This document shows, piece by piece, positions 38,714 to 48,490 of a stretch of DNA of 64,000 nt. The notes beneath the pieces are model-generated. The model ran no database searches. It was not told the DNA's origin and saw nothing but the letters and a program-made list of their open reading frames with translations. Positions within the stretch are counted from its first letter, which is position 1. Every line of letters starts with the position of its first letter. The position numbers and the translations under genes are program-made. Source of the stretch: an uncultured Alphaproteobacteria bacterium (GTDB taxonomy: Bacteria > Pseudomonadota > Alphaproteobacteria > Rhizobiales > Beijerinckiaceae); assembly GCA_963822215.1 (NCBI GenBank), contig CAWGGX010000014.1:39935-103934 (forward strand), in the 5' to 3' direction.

Positions 38714-40177
38714 GAGACCGTCCATATCCTGGGGGGTGCTACGGATCGGCCTGGTCGCGGGGGACCAGGAGAGCAGGATGAAGTGGCGAGTCGTCGTGGA
38801 ATTGGCCGGAGCGGACGGTGCCGTCCAGTCCCATGAAATCAGCGTCGGCGGCTGCGGCACGATCAATTCGGCGGAAAAGCCGGGGCTGACGCTGGCGGAA
38901 GGCAAGAAGACCTTGGCCGGGAACGCCATCTGGTTCAGGCGCAGACGGAGGAGCATTGCCGGAACCGGCGACGCTGCCAGCGCTGCGGGTCTCAACGTCC
39001 GCTGAAGGATATGCGCCGTCGGCGGCTGGCGTCGCTGTTTGGCGTCGTGGAGGTTCGTGCACCCCGTTTCGGTCCCTGCCGGTGCGGTGTGGCGTCGCGC
39101 CGGACCATCACCCCTGCCGCGGAGATCATGCCGGATCGCTGCACGCCGGAGTATGAGCGCACCCTCGCCAAGATGGGCGCCCTGCTGCCGTACCGCCGCG
39201 CCCGCTCGCTGCTCGAAGAGTTCTTCCCGCTCGGGGACGCCCCGGAAGTCGAGACGATCCGTCAGCGGACGATGCGCGTCGGCGCCAGACTGGAGCGCGA
39301 CGCCGTAGCACCGCCAACGTCGAGTCCGTCGAGCGAAGCGGGGTCGATCGCGCTCGCCATCGACGGGGGTCACGTGAAATCGGTGCGCAGCTATCAGGTG
39401 CGTTCGTTTGAGGTCTTCGTCGCTCAGGTCAGCAACGACGCCGGCAAGCGGGTCATGTTTAGCAGCGTGCCGCCCGAGGCTGATCTGCAGCAACAGCAGT
39501 TGCGCGGCGTGCTGCATCGCCTTGGCGCTACGCCGCGAACGCCAGTCACCATCCTGAGCGACGGCGCCGATGGGCCACGATCTTTGGGCGAGGCGGCGAG
39601 CGTCGGTCCGACCCATCACGTGCTCGATTGCTTTCATCTCTCCATGCGCATCCAGCACGTCGCTCAGGCCGCCAAGAGCTGGCCGGATGCCACGCCGTGC
39701 GACCGCGCGGACGCTGCCCGCCTGGCCGACACCATCGAGCATATCCGTTGGCGTCTCTGGCACGGGCAGGTACAGCGGGCGCTCGATCTCATCGGAGACA
39801 CCCTGGTGATACTCGATGCCGCGGCCGAGGTGACATCGCCGCACACTGCGACGGCGGGTAAGGTGGCAGGCGCGCTTCGTGGCCTCGAGACTTACGTATC
39901 CGGCCAATCCGGCCTGATCATCGATTATGCCACCGCCCGGCGAAACGACGAGCCGATATCGACGGCGACCACCGAGAGTACGGTGCATCGGCTGCTGCAC
40001 CGGCGGATGAGCGCCAACCAACAGATGCGTTGGTCGCCGAGAGGAGCGCATCTGATGCTCAAGGTCCGCACCGCGGTCGTCAACGGGACCTTCAACAAGG
40101 ACCACACGACCGCTGAGCGATGGGCCCGTCGCCCGTTTCGCCACGCCGCATGAGTCCCCCAGGATATGGACGGTCTC
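38714..40177 (+). mobile_element. ISKra4 family element, copy 1, with frameshifted transposase (38778-40153)
   Basis: 22-bp perfect terminal inverted repeat GAGACCGTCCATATCCTGGGGG; 4-bp deletion (CTGC) at ~38921 relative to copy 2. Confidence 0.9.
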
Positions 40178-41288
40178 TGTCTCGGCCATTCCGAACGATC
40201 GCGCTCAAAGCGTTGAGGAAGCTCTCGGCGGCCTTCTCCTCCATGGCGAACCATCCGGCGAAATCGTCCGTGCCGCGAGGGAGCGTTCGCGCCGGCCGAA
40301 TCGGCGGCCACCACCGCGGATGCCAAAATTCGGCAAGCCACTCCGGGTAGCCACCGAAAGGCCAGCCCGTCTCCATGCTGCAGAGAAAGACCTGGCCTGC
40401 GTAGGGAATTCGGACGAACAGTGACGGTTGCATATCGTCGGAGCGTTCGCCGCCGCCACGTACCCAGTCGATCCATCGCACAATGTTCGCCGCATCCATT
40501 ATCGCGAAGTTCGACCGATGCGCGGCAAGCGCGAGGGAGGTGGGCGCCGCCACTGGGCTTGGCGTCGGCGCCGTTTGGCTCGGCGGAGGTCGCCGGCCAC
40601 GTGGCTTCGAAATCAGCGTCTCGGCGACGTGAAGGAAAGCTCCCGCTGCTCCCGGTCGGGAGCCAAACGCGATCGAATACCCATGAACGATCTTGCCGTG
40701 CGGGGAGGCGGTGGCGAGATGAGGCCGCACCTGCCGCAGATACTTGCGCTTTGCCTCACGGGTCACGCCGGCCGAGCTAACGCTTGCCGCGAAGGACCCA
40801 TGCGCCTCGGCCAGGACCACGCCATGTCCCGATACTGCTCCATCGGCGTAGATGAAGTCCGCGTGCGGCGCGAGCGAGCTCGACAGGCAAGAGGCATTGT
40901 CTCTCCAGGTGAAGCCCAGCGCGTTCATCAGCAAGTCCGTTATCCCGGCACCAACACGCCCGGCGAAGGATGTTCGCTCTGCGTCGGCCAGCGCCTGGAG
41001 ATGCTGCGACAACGCAAAGGCCGCCCCGTCCTCGACCAGCCATTCGACCTGCGTCAGGGCGCTGTCGCCCCACCGCGCCAACATTTCCGGGGGCGCATTT
41101 CGGAGCGTTGCCGTCCTTGCGATCGAAGCCGCCAGAGCGCTTGGGCCGAACACAAGTGTCGTGTTCGCCGCGGGAGCCTCAAAGCCCGATGAGATTGGGC
41201 TCGGCTTATGTCGATGGCGCGTGTGGCCACTGACTGTCACCTTCTTTTCAGTGCGCCATACCGTGGAAGCTGACAGAACGGTGCTCAA
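40178..41288 (-). CDS. Hypothetical protein with a possible PD-(D/E)xK-like nuclease core, 3' end cut by the IS
   Basis: G.VGAGI..L..LG, ADF and LAEAHGS pattern; the ORF runs into the IS right end. Confidence 0.6.
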
Positions 41289-41312
41289 TACACGCTCCCC
41301 ATCCGATCGTTC

Positions 41313-41844
41313 TCACGCTTCGTCCGAAGACGGGAGGATCGACGCGAGCTCTGGCTCGACATCCAGGCCGTACTGGTATGCGAGGGCTGCGACATGGGTC
41401 CCGAATGTCGCCCGCAGCTCACCCAATGCGACGAAGAAGGATGGACTCCCTTCTTCGTCGCCTGCGTGCCGCCCGCCATGCCATCGCATGAGGTTACGAA
41501 AGTCGGGCATCGGCTCCTCAAGGAAGCGGCGACAGGCGGTGCGCATCGCGCGAATGGAGCCTTCCGCCCGCGACGTCTCCGGCAGGGTCTGCAAGGTCTT
41601 CGTCAAAAATCTCCCGTATCTGGAGAACGGAGGATGTCACTTGGGAGACGACCTCGAGGTTATAGGGGACGAAAAGGACGCGCCGATCCTCCATAGCGGT
41701 GAGGAGACCTCTAACGATCTCACGCTCGTCTGCAGGAGGCGTCCATTGGACGCCGAAGAATGGGAGTGAAAACCCGCTCAGTCGATGCACCAGCGAATTC
41801 GCAGCAATTCGGCCCTTCTGCGTGATATCGTGAGATCTTCCCAC
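41313..41844 (-). pseudogene. DUF6650-like protein split by a +1 frameshift in a homopolymer
   Basis: RLSGFSLPFFGVQW, MEDRRVL, RAMRTACRRFL, ALGELR.TFG and YGLDVE.ELASILP motifs; A5 run at 41605-41609 on the + strand. Confidence 0.7.
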
Positions 41845-41890
41845 GTTCGCCCCCTAAAGTTCTCTGTCTCGTTGTCTGATCGGCCAAGAG

Positions 41891-43474
41891 TTAATACTTA
41901 CGCTTGAATCTGTCTTCGACCGTTGGAAGCGACTGGCTCGCGATAAGCCGTTTGCTTCGGCGCCGTTTTATGCGCCGCCGTTCTTCCCAATGCATCCCGA
42001 GGCAGAGATAGATGAGCGCTGCGCGCACCAGCTTCAACAGCCGGAGCGTGCGGGCCTCAAGATCTGAGCGCGAGATCGAATAGGCTAGCGTGTCGACGAA
42101 CAAATCGCCTGCCGCGTTCTGACGCCCCGCCGGGCCGCCCATCAACTCGTGAACCTTCACATAGCGGTGTTCGAGGTGGATACGCAGTTCGTGCAGAGCG
42201 CGCGCGTCCGGATCGGCCACATCGGCAAAAGCCTCTTCGAAGAGATCTTTACTGACCCAGTAGAGGCCGCGGAAGGGCAGGTTTTTCGATGCGGCAAGCG
42301 CGGCAAGGATCCCGCGCGGCCCCTTCCCCTTCTTCGGGCGCCACACAGCCCGAAAGGAGACATCCTGATCGGCGTGTCCGAGCGCCATATAGTGATTTAG
42401 GAAGAAAGCTATCTTGTCGAATAAGGAATACGCGATCCGATAAGCCGTTCGAATCTTTTCGGCACCGAGTCCATAGCTCGGATAGTCTAGCGTATTGATC
42501 AAGAGGACGTCGTTGTCCGATAGGTGCGCAGGGCCATCCTGGATGCCCTCGAAGAACGTCCACCGCGCTGAGACGAACTCTTGTTTTAGCTGATTGAAAT
42601 AGCCGATCAGCGCTGGCGGCTCCCCGAGTTTCGTTACGAATGACGGCAGTACCAGTGGATCATGTGCCGCCACGGTGTTGGGGCCGAGCTCGTTGAGGAG
42701 GTTCAGGAACAAGTAGTGGCGCAGACACCACAAACGATACTGGCGCACCCGTTTCGACAGGCCGATTGCGTAGCCGTCCGGTTCGAAATTCTCCGCGACG
42801 GCGGATAGGTCGAGGTTCGCCTCGATGTCGCGGCGTTGCTGTTCGAAGTAAGCGCGCGCTTCAGGAAAGCCGAAAATCGGATATTTCTCAGCGTCCCCCA
42901 GGGCGCGCACGAGTTCCTTGTGCGCGGACAGGAGCATGACCGCACCTTGGTTGCGGTCGTAGTGAAGCCGGCCAAGTCGCGCCAGGCCTGATCCGAGATT
43001 GCCGCGGGCCATCCAAAATTCGGGATCAACTTCCAGCGCTCGTCTCCAGATCTCCAGCGCTTCAATCGAGCGCCCGAGGTGGCTGAGCAGGTTTCCGAGA
43101 TTGGTTAGGATCTCACATCGACGATAGTGCTCGACCGCAGAGAAGCTTTCGGCGCTGGTGGCGCGGCGCAGGAAGAAAATTTCCTGCTGAAGCGCTGGCT
43201 GGTCCCATAACCAGACATCGCCGCTCCGGCGTCGCGGCCGACGGGTGTTCCAGGCGTTGGCGCGGAAATAGTCCAGCTGGCCGCGTTCGGCTGCGCTTAA
43301 GTCTCGAGCCTCCAACTCGTCACACCAAGCAAGCGCCCTCGCAATTCCGGCCCTGCGCCGTGGCGCCCCGCACATGTCGATCAGGACTCCGGTGCGGAGG
43401 AACGCTTCGTCTGTTGAAAGCCGACCGACGCCGGTACTGGCCATCAAACTCCTATAGGTCGGTAGGCGCTTCAT
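41891..43474 (-). CDS. TPR + LA2681-family HEPN domain protein
   Basis: TPR-like TNLGNLLSHLGRSIEAL; YRLWCL..LFLN, FNQLKQEFVSARW, AYSLFDKIAFFLN and RxxxxH (RIHLEH) motifs. Confidence 0.85.
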   Translation of the reverse strand: MKRLPTYRSLMASTGVGRLSTDEAFLRTGVLIDMCGAPRRRAGIARALAWCDELEARDLSAAERGQLDYFRANAWNTRRPRRRSGDVWLWDQPALQQEIFFLRRATSAESFSAVEHYRRCEILTNLGNLLSHLGRSIEALEIWRRALEVDPEFWMARGNLGSGLARLGRLHYDRNQGAVMLLSAHKELVRALGDAEKYPIFGFPEARAYFEQQRRDIEANLDLSAVAENFEPDGYAIGLSKRVRQYRLWCLRHYLFLNLLNELGPNTVAAHDPLVLPSFVTKLGEPPALIGYFNQLKQEFVSARWTFFEGIQDGPAHLSDNDVLLINTLDYPSYGLGAEKIRTAYRIAYSLFDKIAFFLNHYMALGHADQDVSFRAVWRPKKGKGPRGILAALAASKNLPFRGLYWVSKDLFEEAFADVADPDARALHELRIHLEHRYVKVHELMGGPAGRQNAAGDLFVDTLAYSISRSDLEARTLRLLKLVRAALIYLCLGMHWEERRRIKRRRSKRLIASQSLPTVEDRFKRKY

Positions 43475-43512
43475 GAGCCGACTGTTCGCCGAACAAGGCA
43501 CGAGGCGTCAGA

Positions 43513-43671
43513 GTCGGCGACTGCGATAGCCTCAATGATCGGTGGGGCGTGCCCAAGGGCTGTCAGGTAATCGCGCCATCCGTCGGGGCCGCTGAGCTGG
43601 TTGTTCATCACCGTGCCAGGCGCGTGAATATGCGGCTCCCACCTCCGCCATTCCGATCCCCGGTCGAGCAT
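43513..43671 (-). pseudogene. N-terminal stub of a PHP-domain/AAA ATPase (TrlF/Ppl-like)
   Basis: MLDRGSEWRRWEPHIHAPGT..NNQ...IEAIAVAD; similarity stops after ~53 codons. Confidence 0.7.
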
Positions 43672-43682
43672 CGTTGTCCTCG

Positions 43683-44699
43683 CTATTCGCCTGCACGATT
43701 GGCCCGCTCGGCGATGTCGGCGCATCGCGCCATGAGCGTCTCAAAGGGCTCGGCATCATCCAACAGCAACCCGTCCTCGACCATGCGGGCATAGTCTTCC
43801 TCCAAGGCCTTCAGGGCGTCGCCGGCCGGTACGAGGCGCAAGCCACCGCTGACCGCAACCGAGTAGTCGATAGGACTGCGATCGGCGGCCCTCTCGGCGA
43901 AGAACATGCCCTTGTGACGCGCCACGGCCTGGGCGAGATCGCGGTCAGCGAAGGCCGCGGCGGCAAGCCCAGCCTCGTCCAGCCGGACCACATCATGCCA
44001 ATGGCGGGCAAACCGATCGCCGCGCAGCCGTTCCTGCAGGCAGAAGACGTGGATCGCGGTCGCCTTCTCCCAGAACGTCCGCTCTGCGTGCATCACGCGG
44101 GGCCGGGCCGTTGGAAACTCTACCTCCGCAATCAAATCAGCCGCGTCGCAGGCGACATCGCGCAAACTCGCCGGCTCGCCCGTTGAGCGAGCCCCAAACT
44201 CGAGCATCACGACCGGCGCGACATAGCTCGAGCCGGTCGTCGTCGCCTCGTAGTCGATGAATAGCTTCTCGCCTTCGACGCGGGTCGCCGCCGCCAGCCC
44301 TTCTGCGGTCAACGCGCTTGCGATGACGGGCTGGGCAGTCCTGGCGACCCATTCCGGCAGACGCCGGCGGACCTCGCTCGACCACCGTTTCTCCTCGCTG
44401 CGCGTCTTCGGCAGCGCTTCGCCATCGGCACCCACAAGGTCCGGCGCGATCTGTCGGATGTCGTAGGTGAGGTCGACGTCCTCGGAGAATCTACGGATGA
44501 CCCTATAGGCTTTTGGTAGCGACGTGCCACCCTTGAATACCAGGTGCTCGCCGAGAGGCGATCCGTATAGGGCGGCAAGCGCCCAGACCACCCACACGTC
44601 CTTCTCCAGAAGGTGCGCAGGTCGCCCTGATTGATCGGCCGCTACACCGAGGGCGTCGCGGCGATCCTTCGCCGAAAGGCTAAGGAAGGCGTCAGCCAT
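43683..44699 (-). CDS. abiEii: Type IV TA toxin, AbiEii/AbiGii nucleotidyltransferase
   Basis: LEKDVWV, FKGGTSL, RFSEDVD, RTFWEK and RHWHD motifs. Confidence 0.93.
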   Translation of the reverse strand: MADAFLSLSAKDRRDALGVAADQSGRPAHLLEKDVWVVWALAALYGSPLGEHLVFKGGTSLPKAYRVIRRFSEDVDLTYDIRQIAPDLVGADGEALPKTRSEEKRWSSEVRRRLPEWVARTAQPVIASALTAEGLAAATRVEGEKLFIDYEATTTGSSYVAPVVMLEFGARSTGEPASLRDVACDAADLIAEVEFPTARPRVMHAERTFWEKATAIHVFCLQERLRGDRFARHWHDVVRLDEAGLAAAAFADRDLAQAVARHKGMFFAERAADRSPIDYSVAVSGGLRLVPAGDALKALEEDYARMVEDGLLLDDAEPFETLMARCADIAERANRAGE

Positions 44700-45285
44700 A
44701 GGCGGTCTTGCCCACGCTTCGGGCGAGCCAAGTCGGAAGCTGCGGCGCGACGGCCACCAGTTCACCAAATGCACCCGCCGGCATTTTTCGCTTCAGCATC
44801 TTGAGCGCCTCCTCGGCCTTCTCCGGGCCGAGCCAGGCCAGCGCCCGGACCGCTTCGCCCGCTGGCCGATTGGCCAGAGTCAATAGCCAGCGCGGCGCAT
44901 GTCGCAGCTCGATGACCTGCTTGCCGAGGTTCATCGTCCGGCTGCGCCCCGAGGTCAGATAGACCGACCGGATAGGCACCTGCGTCGTCAGACCGAGGGT
45001 ATTTGCCGCGGCCGCGCCGTTCGAGACGATGACCTCGCCTCGCTGGCTGGCGAGCGCCTCGACCGCTTGCTCGACGGATGGAGCCCGCACGCCGAACCGG
45101 CTCGCGATGGGGCGGAGATAAACGCCGCGCCCCGCGCGGATGAGTTGGCCACGTTCAGCCAGACGCGACAGAGCCTGATCCACCGCAGCGCGATTACCGA
45201 GGTGGAGCAAGCTCTTAGCCGCTACGGGCGCGCCTTCCGGCAACCCTTCCGCATGCGCAAGAATCTGTTCGGTCAAGCGTTGCAT
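44692..45285 (-). CDS. DUF6088/AbiEi-like antitoxin
   Basis: AVDQALSRL..G...R.GRGVY winged-HTH and LGLTTQVP motifs; overlaps the toxin start. Confidence 0.9.
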   Translation of the reverse strand: MQRLTEQILAHAEGLPEGAPVAAKSLLHLGNRAAVDQALSRLAERGQLIRAGRGVYLRPIASRFGVRAPSVEQAVEALASQRGEVIVSNGAAAANTLGLTTQVPIRSVYLTSGRSRTMNLGKQVIELRHAPRWLLTLANRPAGEAVRALAWLGPEKAEEALKMLKRKMPAGAFGELVAVAPQLPTWLARSVGKTAYG

Positions 45286-45294
45286 GGTCTTCTC

Positions 45295-45324
45295 CTGTCA
45301 GAAATATATGCGGTTTTCTGACAG
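45295..45324. promoter_or_regulatory. Probable AbiEi autoregulatory operator
   Basis: Perfect 10-bp inverted repeat CTGTCAGAAA-N10-TTTCTGACAG next to the antitoxin RBS. Confidence 0.7.
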
Positions 45325-45341
45325 TTTTCAATTGATGTTTC

Positions 45342-46810
45342 GAGACCGTCTATATCCTGGGGGGTGCTACGGATCGGCCTGGTCGCGGGGGACCAGGAGA
45401 GCAGGATGAAGTGGCGAGTCGTCGTGGAATTGGCCGGAGCGGACGGTGCCGTCCAGTCCCATGAAATCAGCGTCGGCGGCTGCGGCACGATCAATTCGGT
45501 GGAAAAGCTGGGGCTGACGCTGGCGGAAGGCAAGAAGACCTTGGCCGGGCTGCAACGCCATCTGGTTCAGGCGCAGGCAGAGGAGCATTGCCGCAATCGG
45601 CGACGCTGCCAGCGCTGCGGGTCTCAACGTCCGCTGAAGGATATGCGCCGTCGGCGGCTGGCGTCGCTGTTTGGCGTCGTGGAGGTTCGTGCACCCCGTT
45701 TCGGTCCCTGCCGGTGCGGTGTGGCGTCGCGCCGGACCATCACCCCTGCCGCGGAGATCATGCCGGATCGCTGCACGCCGGAGTATGAGCGCACCCTCGC
45801 CAAGATGGGCGCCCTGCTGCCGTACCGCCGCGCCCGCTCGCTGCTCGAAGAGTTCTTCCCGCTCGGGGACACCCCGGAAGTCGAGACGATCCGTCAGCGG
45901 ACGATGCGTGTCGGCGCCAGACTGGAGCGCGACGCCGTAGCACCGCCAACGTCAAGTCCGTCGAGCGAAGCGGGGTCGATCGCGCTCGCCATCGACGGGG
46001 GTCACGTGAAATCGGTGCGCAGCTATCAGGTGCGTTCGTTTGAGGTCTTCGTCGCTCAGGTCAGCAACGACGCCGGCAAGCGGGTCATGTTCAGCAGCGT
46101 GCCGGCCGAGGCTGATCTGCAGCAACAGCAGTTGCGCGGCGTGCTGCATCGCCTTGGCGCTACGCCGCGAACGCCAATCACCATCCTGAGCGACGGCGCC
46201 GATGGGCCACGATCTTTGGGCGAGGCGGCGAGCGTCGGTCCGACCCATCACGTGCTCGATTGCTTTCATCTCTCCATGCGCATCCAGCATGTCGCTCAGG
46301 CCGCCAAGGGCTGGCCGGACGCCACGCCGGAGGACCGCGCGGAAGCTGCCCGCTTGGCCGACGCCATCGAGCATATCCGTTGGCGTCTCTGGCACGGGCA
46401 GGTACAGCGGGCGCTCGATCTCATCGGAGACACCCTGGCGATACTCGATGCCGCGGCCGAAGTGACATCGCCGCACACTGCGACGGCGGGTAAGGTGGCA
46501 GGCGTGCTTCGTGGCCTCGAGACTTACGTATCCGGCCAATCCGGTCTGATCATCGATTATGCCACCGCCCGGCGAAACGACGAGCCGATCTCCCCGGCGA
46601 CCACCGAGAGTACGGTGCATCGGCTGCTGCACCGGCGGATGAGCGCCAACCAACAAATGCGTTGGTCGCCGAGAGGAGCGCATCTGATGCTCAAGGTCCG
46701 CACCGCGGTCGTCAACGGGACCTTCAACAAGGACCACACGACCGCTGAGCGATGGGCCCGTCGCCCGTTTCGCCATGCCGCATAGAGTCCCCCAGGTTTT
46801 GGACGGTCTC
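45342..46810 (+). mobile_element. ISKra4 family element, copy 2
   Basis: Terminal inverted repeats GAGACCGTCTATATCCTGGGGG and CCCCCAGGTTTTGGACGGTCTC; near-identical to copy 1. Confidence 0.92.
45406..46785 (+). CDS. ISKra4 family transposase (intact)
   Basis: LGLTLAEGK, CxxC Zn ribbon, IDGG, LSDGA, LDCFH, TES and QQMRWSPRGAHLML motifs. Confidence 0.92.
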   Translation: MKWRVVVELAGADGAVQSHEISVGGCGTINSVEKLGLTLAEGKKTLAGLQRHLVQAQAEEHCRNRRRCQRCGSQRPLKDMRRRRLASLFGVVEVRAPRFGPCRCGVASRRTITPAAEIMPDRCTPEYERTLAKMGALLPYRRARSLLEEFFPLGDTPEVETIRQRTMRVGARLERDAVAPPTSSPSSEAGSIALAIDGGHVKSVRSYQVRSFEVFVAQVSNDAGKRVMFSSVPAEADLQQQQLRGVLHRLGATPRTPITILSDGADGPRSLGEAASVGPTHHVLDCFHLSMRIQHVAQAAKGWPDATPEDRAEAARLADAIEHIRWRLWHGQVQRALDLIGDTLAILDAAAEVTSPHTATAGKVAGVLRGLETYVSGQSGLIIDYATARRNDEPISPATTESTVHRLLHRRMSANQQMRWSPRGAHLMLKVRTAVVNGTFNKDHTTAERWARRPFRHAA

Positions 46811-46854
46811 GGCCCTCGATCGTGCCGCCCTTTGAAGTCGAGCTTGCGCCGTGG

Positions 46855-47205
46855 CGTCGTCGATCAGAAGATTCTGGCCGGCAATGTAGCTCGCTTGCAC
46901 CGAGCAAAGGAAAGCGCAGGCGACGCCGAACTCCTCTGGTCGTCCGAAGCGGCCGCCGGATTTGCGGCGCGAATCTCATTCGACCACCGGCCGACTTCGC
47001 GCCCCGACCCCTTCGCCAGCGCTTCGAGGTTGGCCTTCAGGCGGGTCAGTTTCAAACGTGCGGGCAGATTGTTGATAGTTACGTTGTGCTCAGCGACAGA
47101 GCGTGGAAGTCCGGCCACGAAGCCCGTAAGCCCGGCGCGTGCGCCGTTCGACAGGCCCAGAAAGCCGATCGGCGCTTAGACCGCACGAGAGGTGATGTTG
47201 ACCGG
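46855..47205 (-). pseudogene. SDR oxidoreductase C-terminal fragment
   Basis: VNITSRAV*APIGFLGLSNGARAGLTGFVAG..NVTINNL...SYIAGQNLLID across several frames; no N-terminus. Confidence 0.7.
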
Positions 47206-47252
47206 GGACAAAGTCGGGGTTGGCGCGGCAAAGCGGCCGAACAAGGCCAAAG

Positions 47253-48431
47253 TTATTTGGCGGCCTCGATCAGCTTGCGCGCCGCGATCAGCAGCATGAT
47301 TTCGTTGGTGCCTTCGAGAATCTGATGTACGCGCAAATCGCGCACGATTTTTTCAATTCCATATTCGGCGAGATAGCCGTAGCCGCCATGCAATTGCAAC
47401 GCCTCGTTGGCGACATTAAAACACGCGTCGGTGGTGAATTTCTTGGCCATTGCGCAAAGTTTCGTGGCTTCTGGATCCTTGGCGTCGAGGGCGCTCGCGG
47501 CCCGCCACAAAAAGCTTCGCGCGGCTTCGACATCGATGGCCATCTCGGCCAGACGGAATTGCAGGGCCTGAAAGTCCGAAAGGCGGCGGCCAAAAGCCTG
47601 GCGCTGGGCCATGTAGGAGACGGATTTGTCCAGCGCCGCCTGTGCTCCGCCGAGTGAGCAGGCCGCGATATTTACGCGGCCCCCGTCGAGGCCGGACATG
47701 GCGATTTTGAACCCCTGCCCCTCGGACGCCAGCAGGTTGCCTGCCGGAATGCGGGCACCGTCGAGAATGACTTGGCGCGTTGGTTGCGCGCTCCAACCCA
47801 TCTTCTTTTCGTTCGCGCCGAATGACAGGCCGGGCGTACCCTTCTCGACCACGAACGCTGAAACGCCATTGGCGCCGGCGTCCGAGGTTCGGGCCATGAC
47901 CACATAAATATCGGAAGTTCCAGCGCCCGAAATGAACTGCTTTACGCCGTTCAGAACGTAGGCGTCGCCATCCTTGACTGCGCGCGTGCGCAAGGCCGCC
48001 GCGTCCGACCCGGCGCCAGGTTCGGTCAGGCAATAGGACGCCAGGTTCTCCATGGTGCAAAGCCTGGGAATCCATTTCGCCCGCTGCACCATGTCGCCAA
48101 AGCGGTCGATCATCCATGTACACATATTATGGATTGAAATGTATGCGGCGATGGACGGGCAGCCCGTGGCCAAAGCCTCAAAGATCAGGGCCGCGTCGAG
48201 GCGCGAGAGGCCGCTGCCGCCAAAATCGTCGCGCACATAAATCCCGCCCATGCCTAAGGCGGCGGCCTTGCGCAGCACATCGACTGGAAAGTGCTTTTCC
48301 TGATCCCACTCGATCGCTTTTGGCGCCAATTCCTGCTGAGAGAAGCCCCTGGCCATCTCGGCGATGGCCTGCTGCTCTGCGTTCAAGGCAAACATCGATT
48401 GGTGCTGAGCGGAATCGTTCATTTTATCCAC
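47253..48431 (-). CDS. Acyl-CoA dehydrogenase (isobutyryl-CoA dehydrogenase-like)
   Basis: YCLTEPGAGSDA, QLHGGYGYL and RVHQILEGTNEIM motifs. Confidence 0.93.
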   Translation of the reverse strand: MDKMNDSAQHQSMFALNAEQQAIAEMARGFSQQELAPKAIEWDQEKHFPVDVLRKAAALGMGGIYVRDDFGGSGLSRLDAALIFEALATGCPSIAAYISIHNMCTWMIDRFGDMVQRAKWIPRLCTMENLASYCLTEPGAGSDAAALRTRAVKDGDAYVLNGVKQFISGAGTSDIYVVMARTSDAGANGVSAFVVEKGTPGLSFGANEKKMGWSAQPTRQVILDGARIPAGNLLASEGQGFKIAMSGLDGGRVNIAACSLGGAQAALDKSVSYMAQRQAFGRRLSDFQALQFRLAEMAIDVEAARSFLWRAASALDAKDPEATKLCAMAKKFTTDACFNVANEALQLHGGYGYLAEYGIEKIVRDLRVHQILEGTNEIMLLIAARKLIEAAK

Positions 48432-48490
48432 GATATGCGGAGGCGGCGCGAACAGTCGCTCCTAGCTTAGGGTCGATGGTCTCCGCGCTT

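Noticed and set aside
40178-40187. GTCTCGGCC present at or near both ISKra4 right ends
   Set aside because: It overlaps the inverted repeat itself in copy 2 and is offset in copy 1, so it is not a valid target duplication
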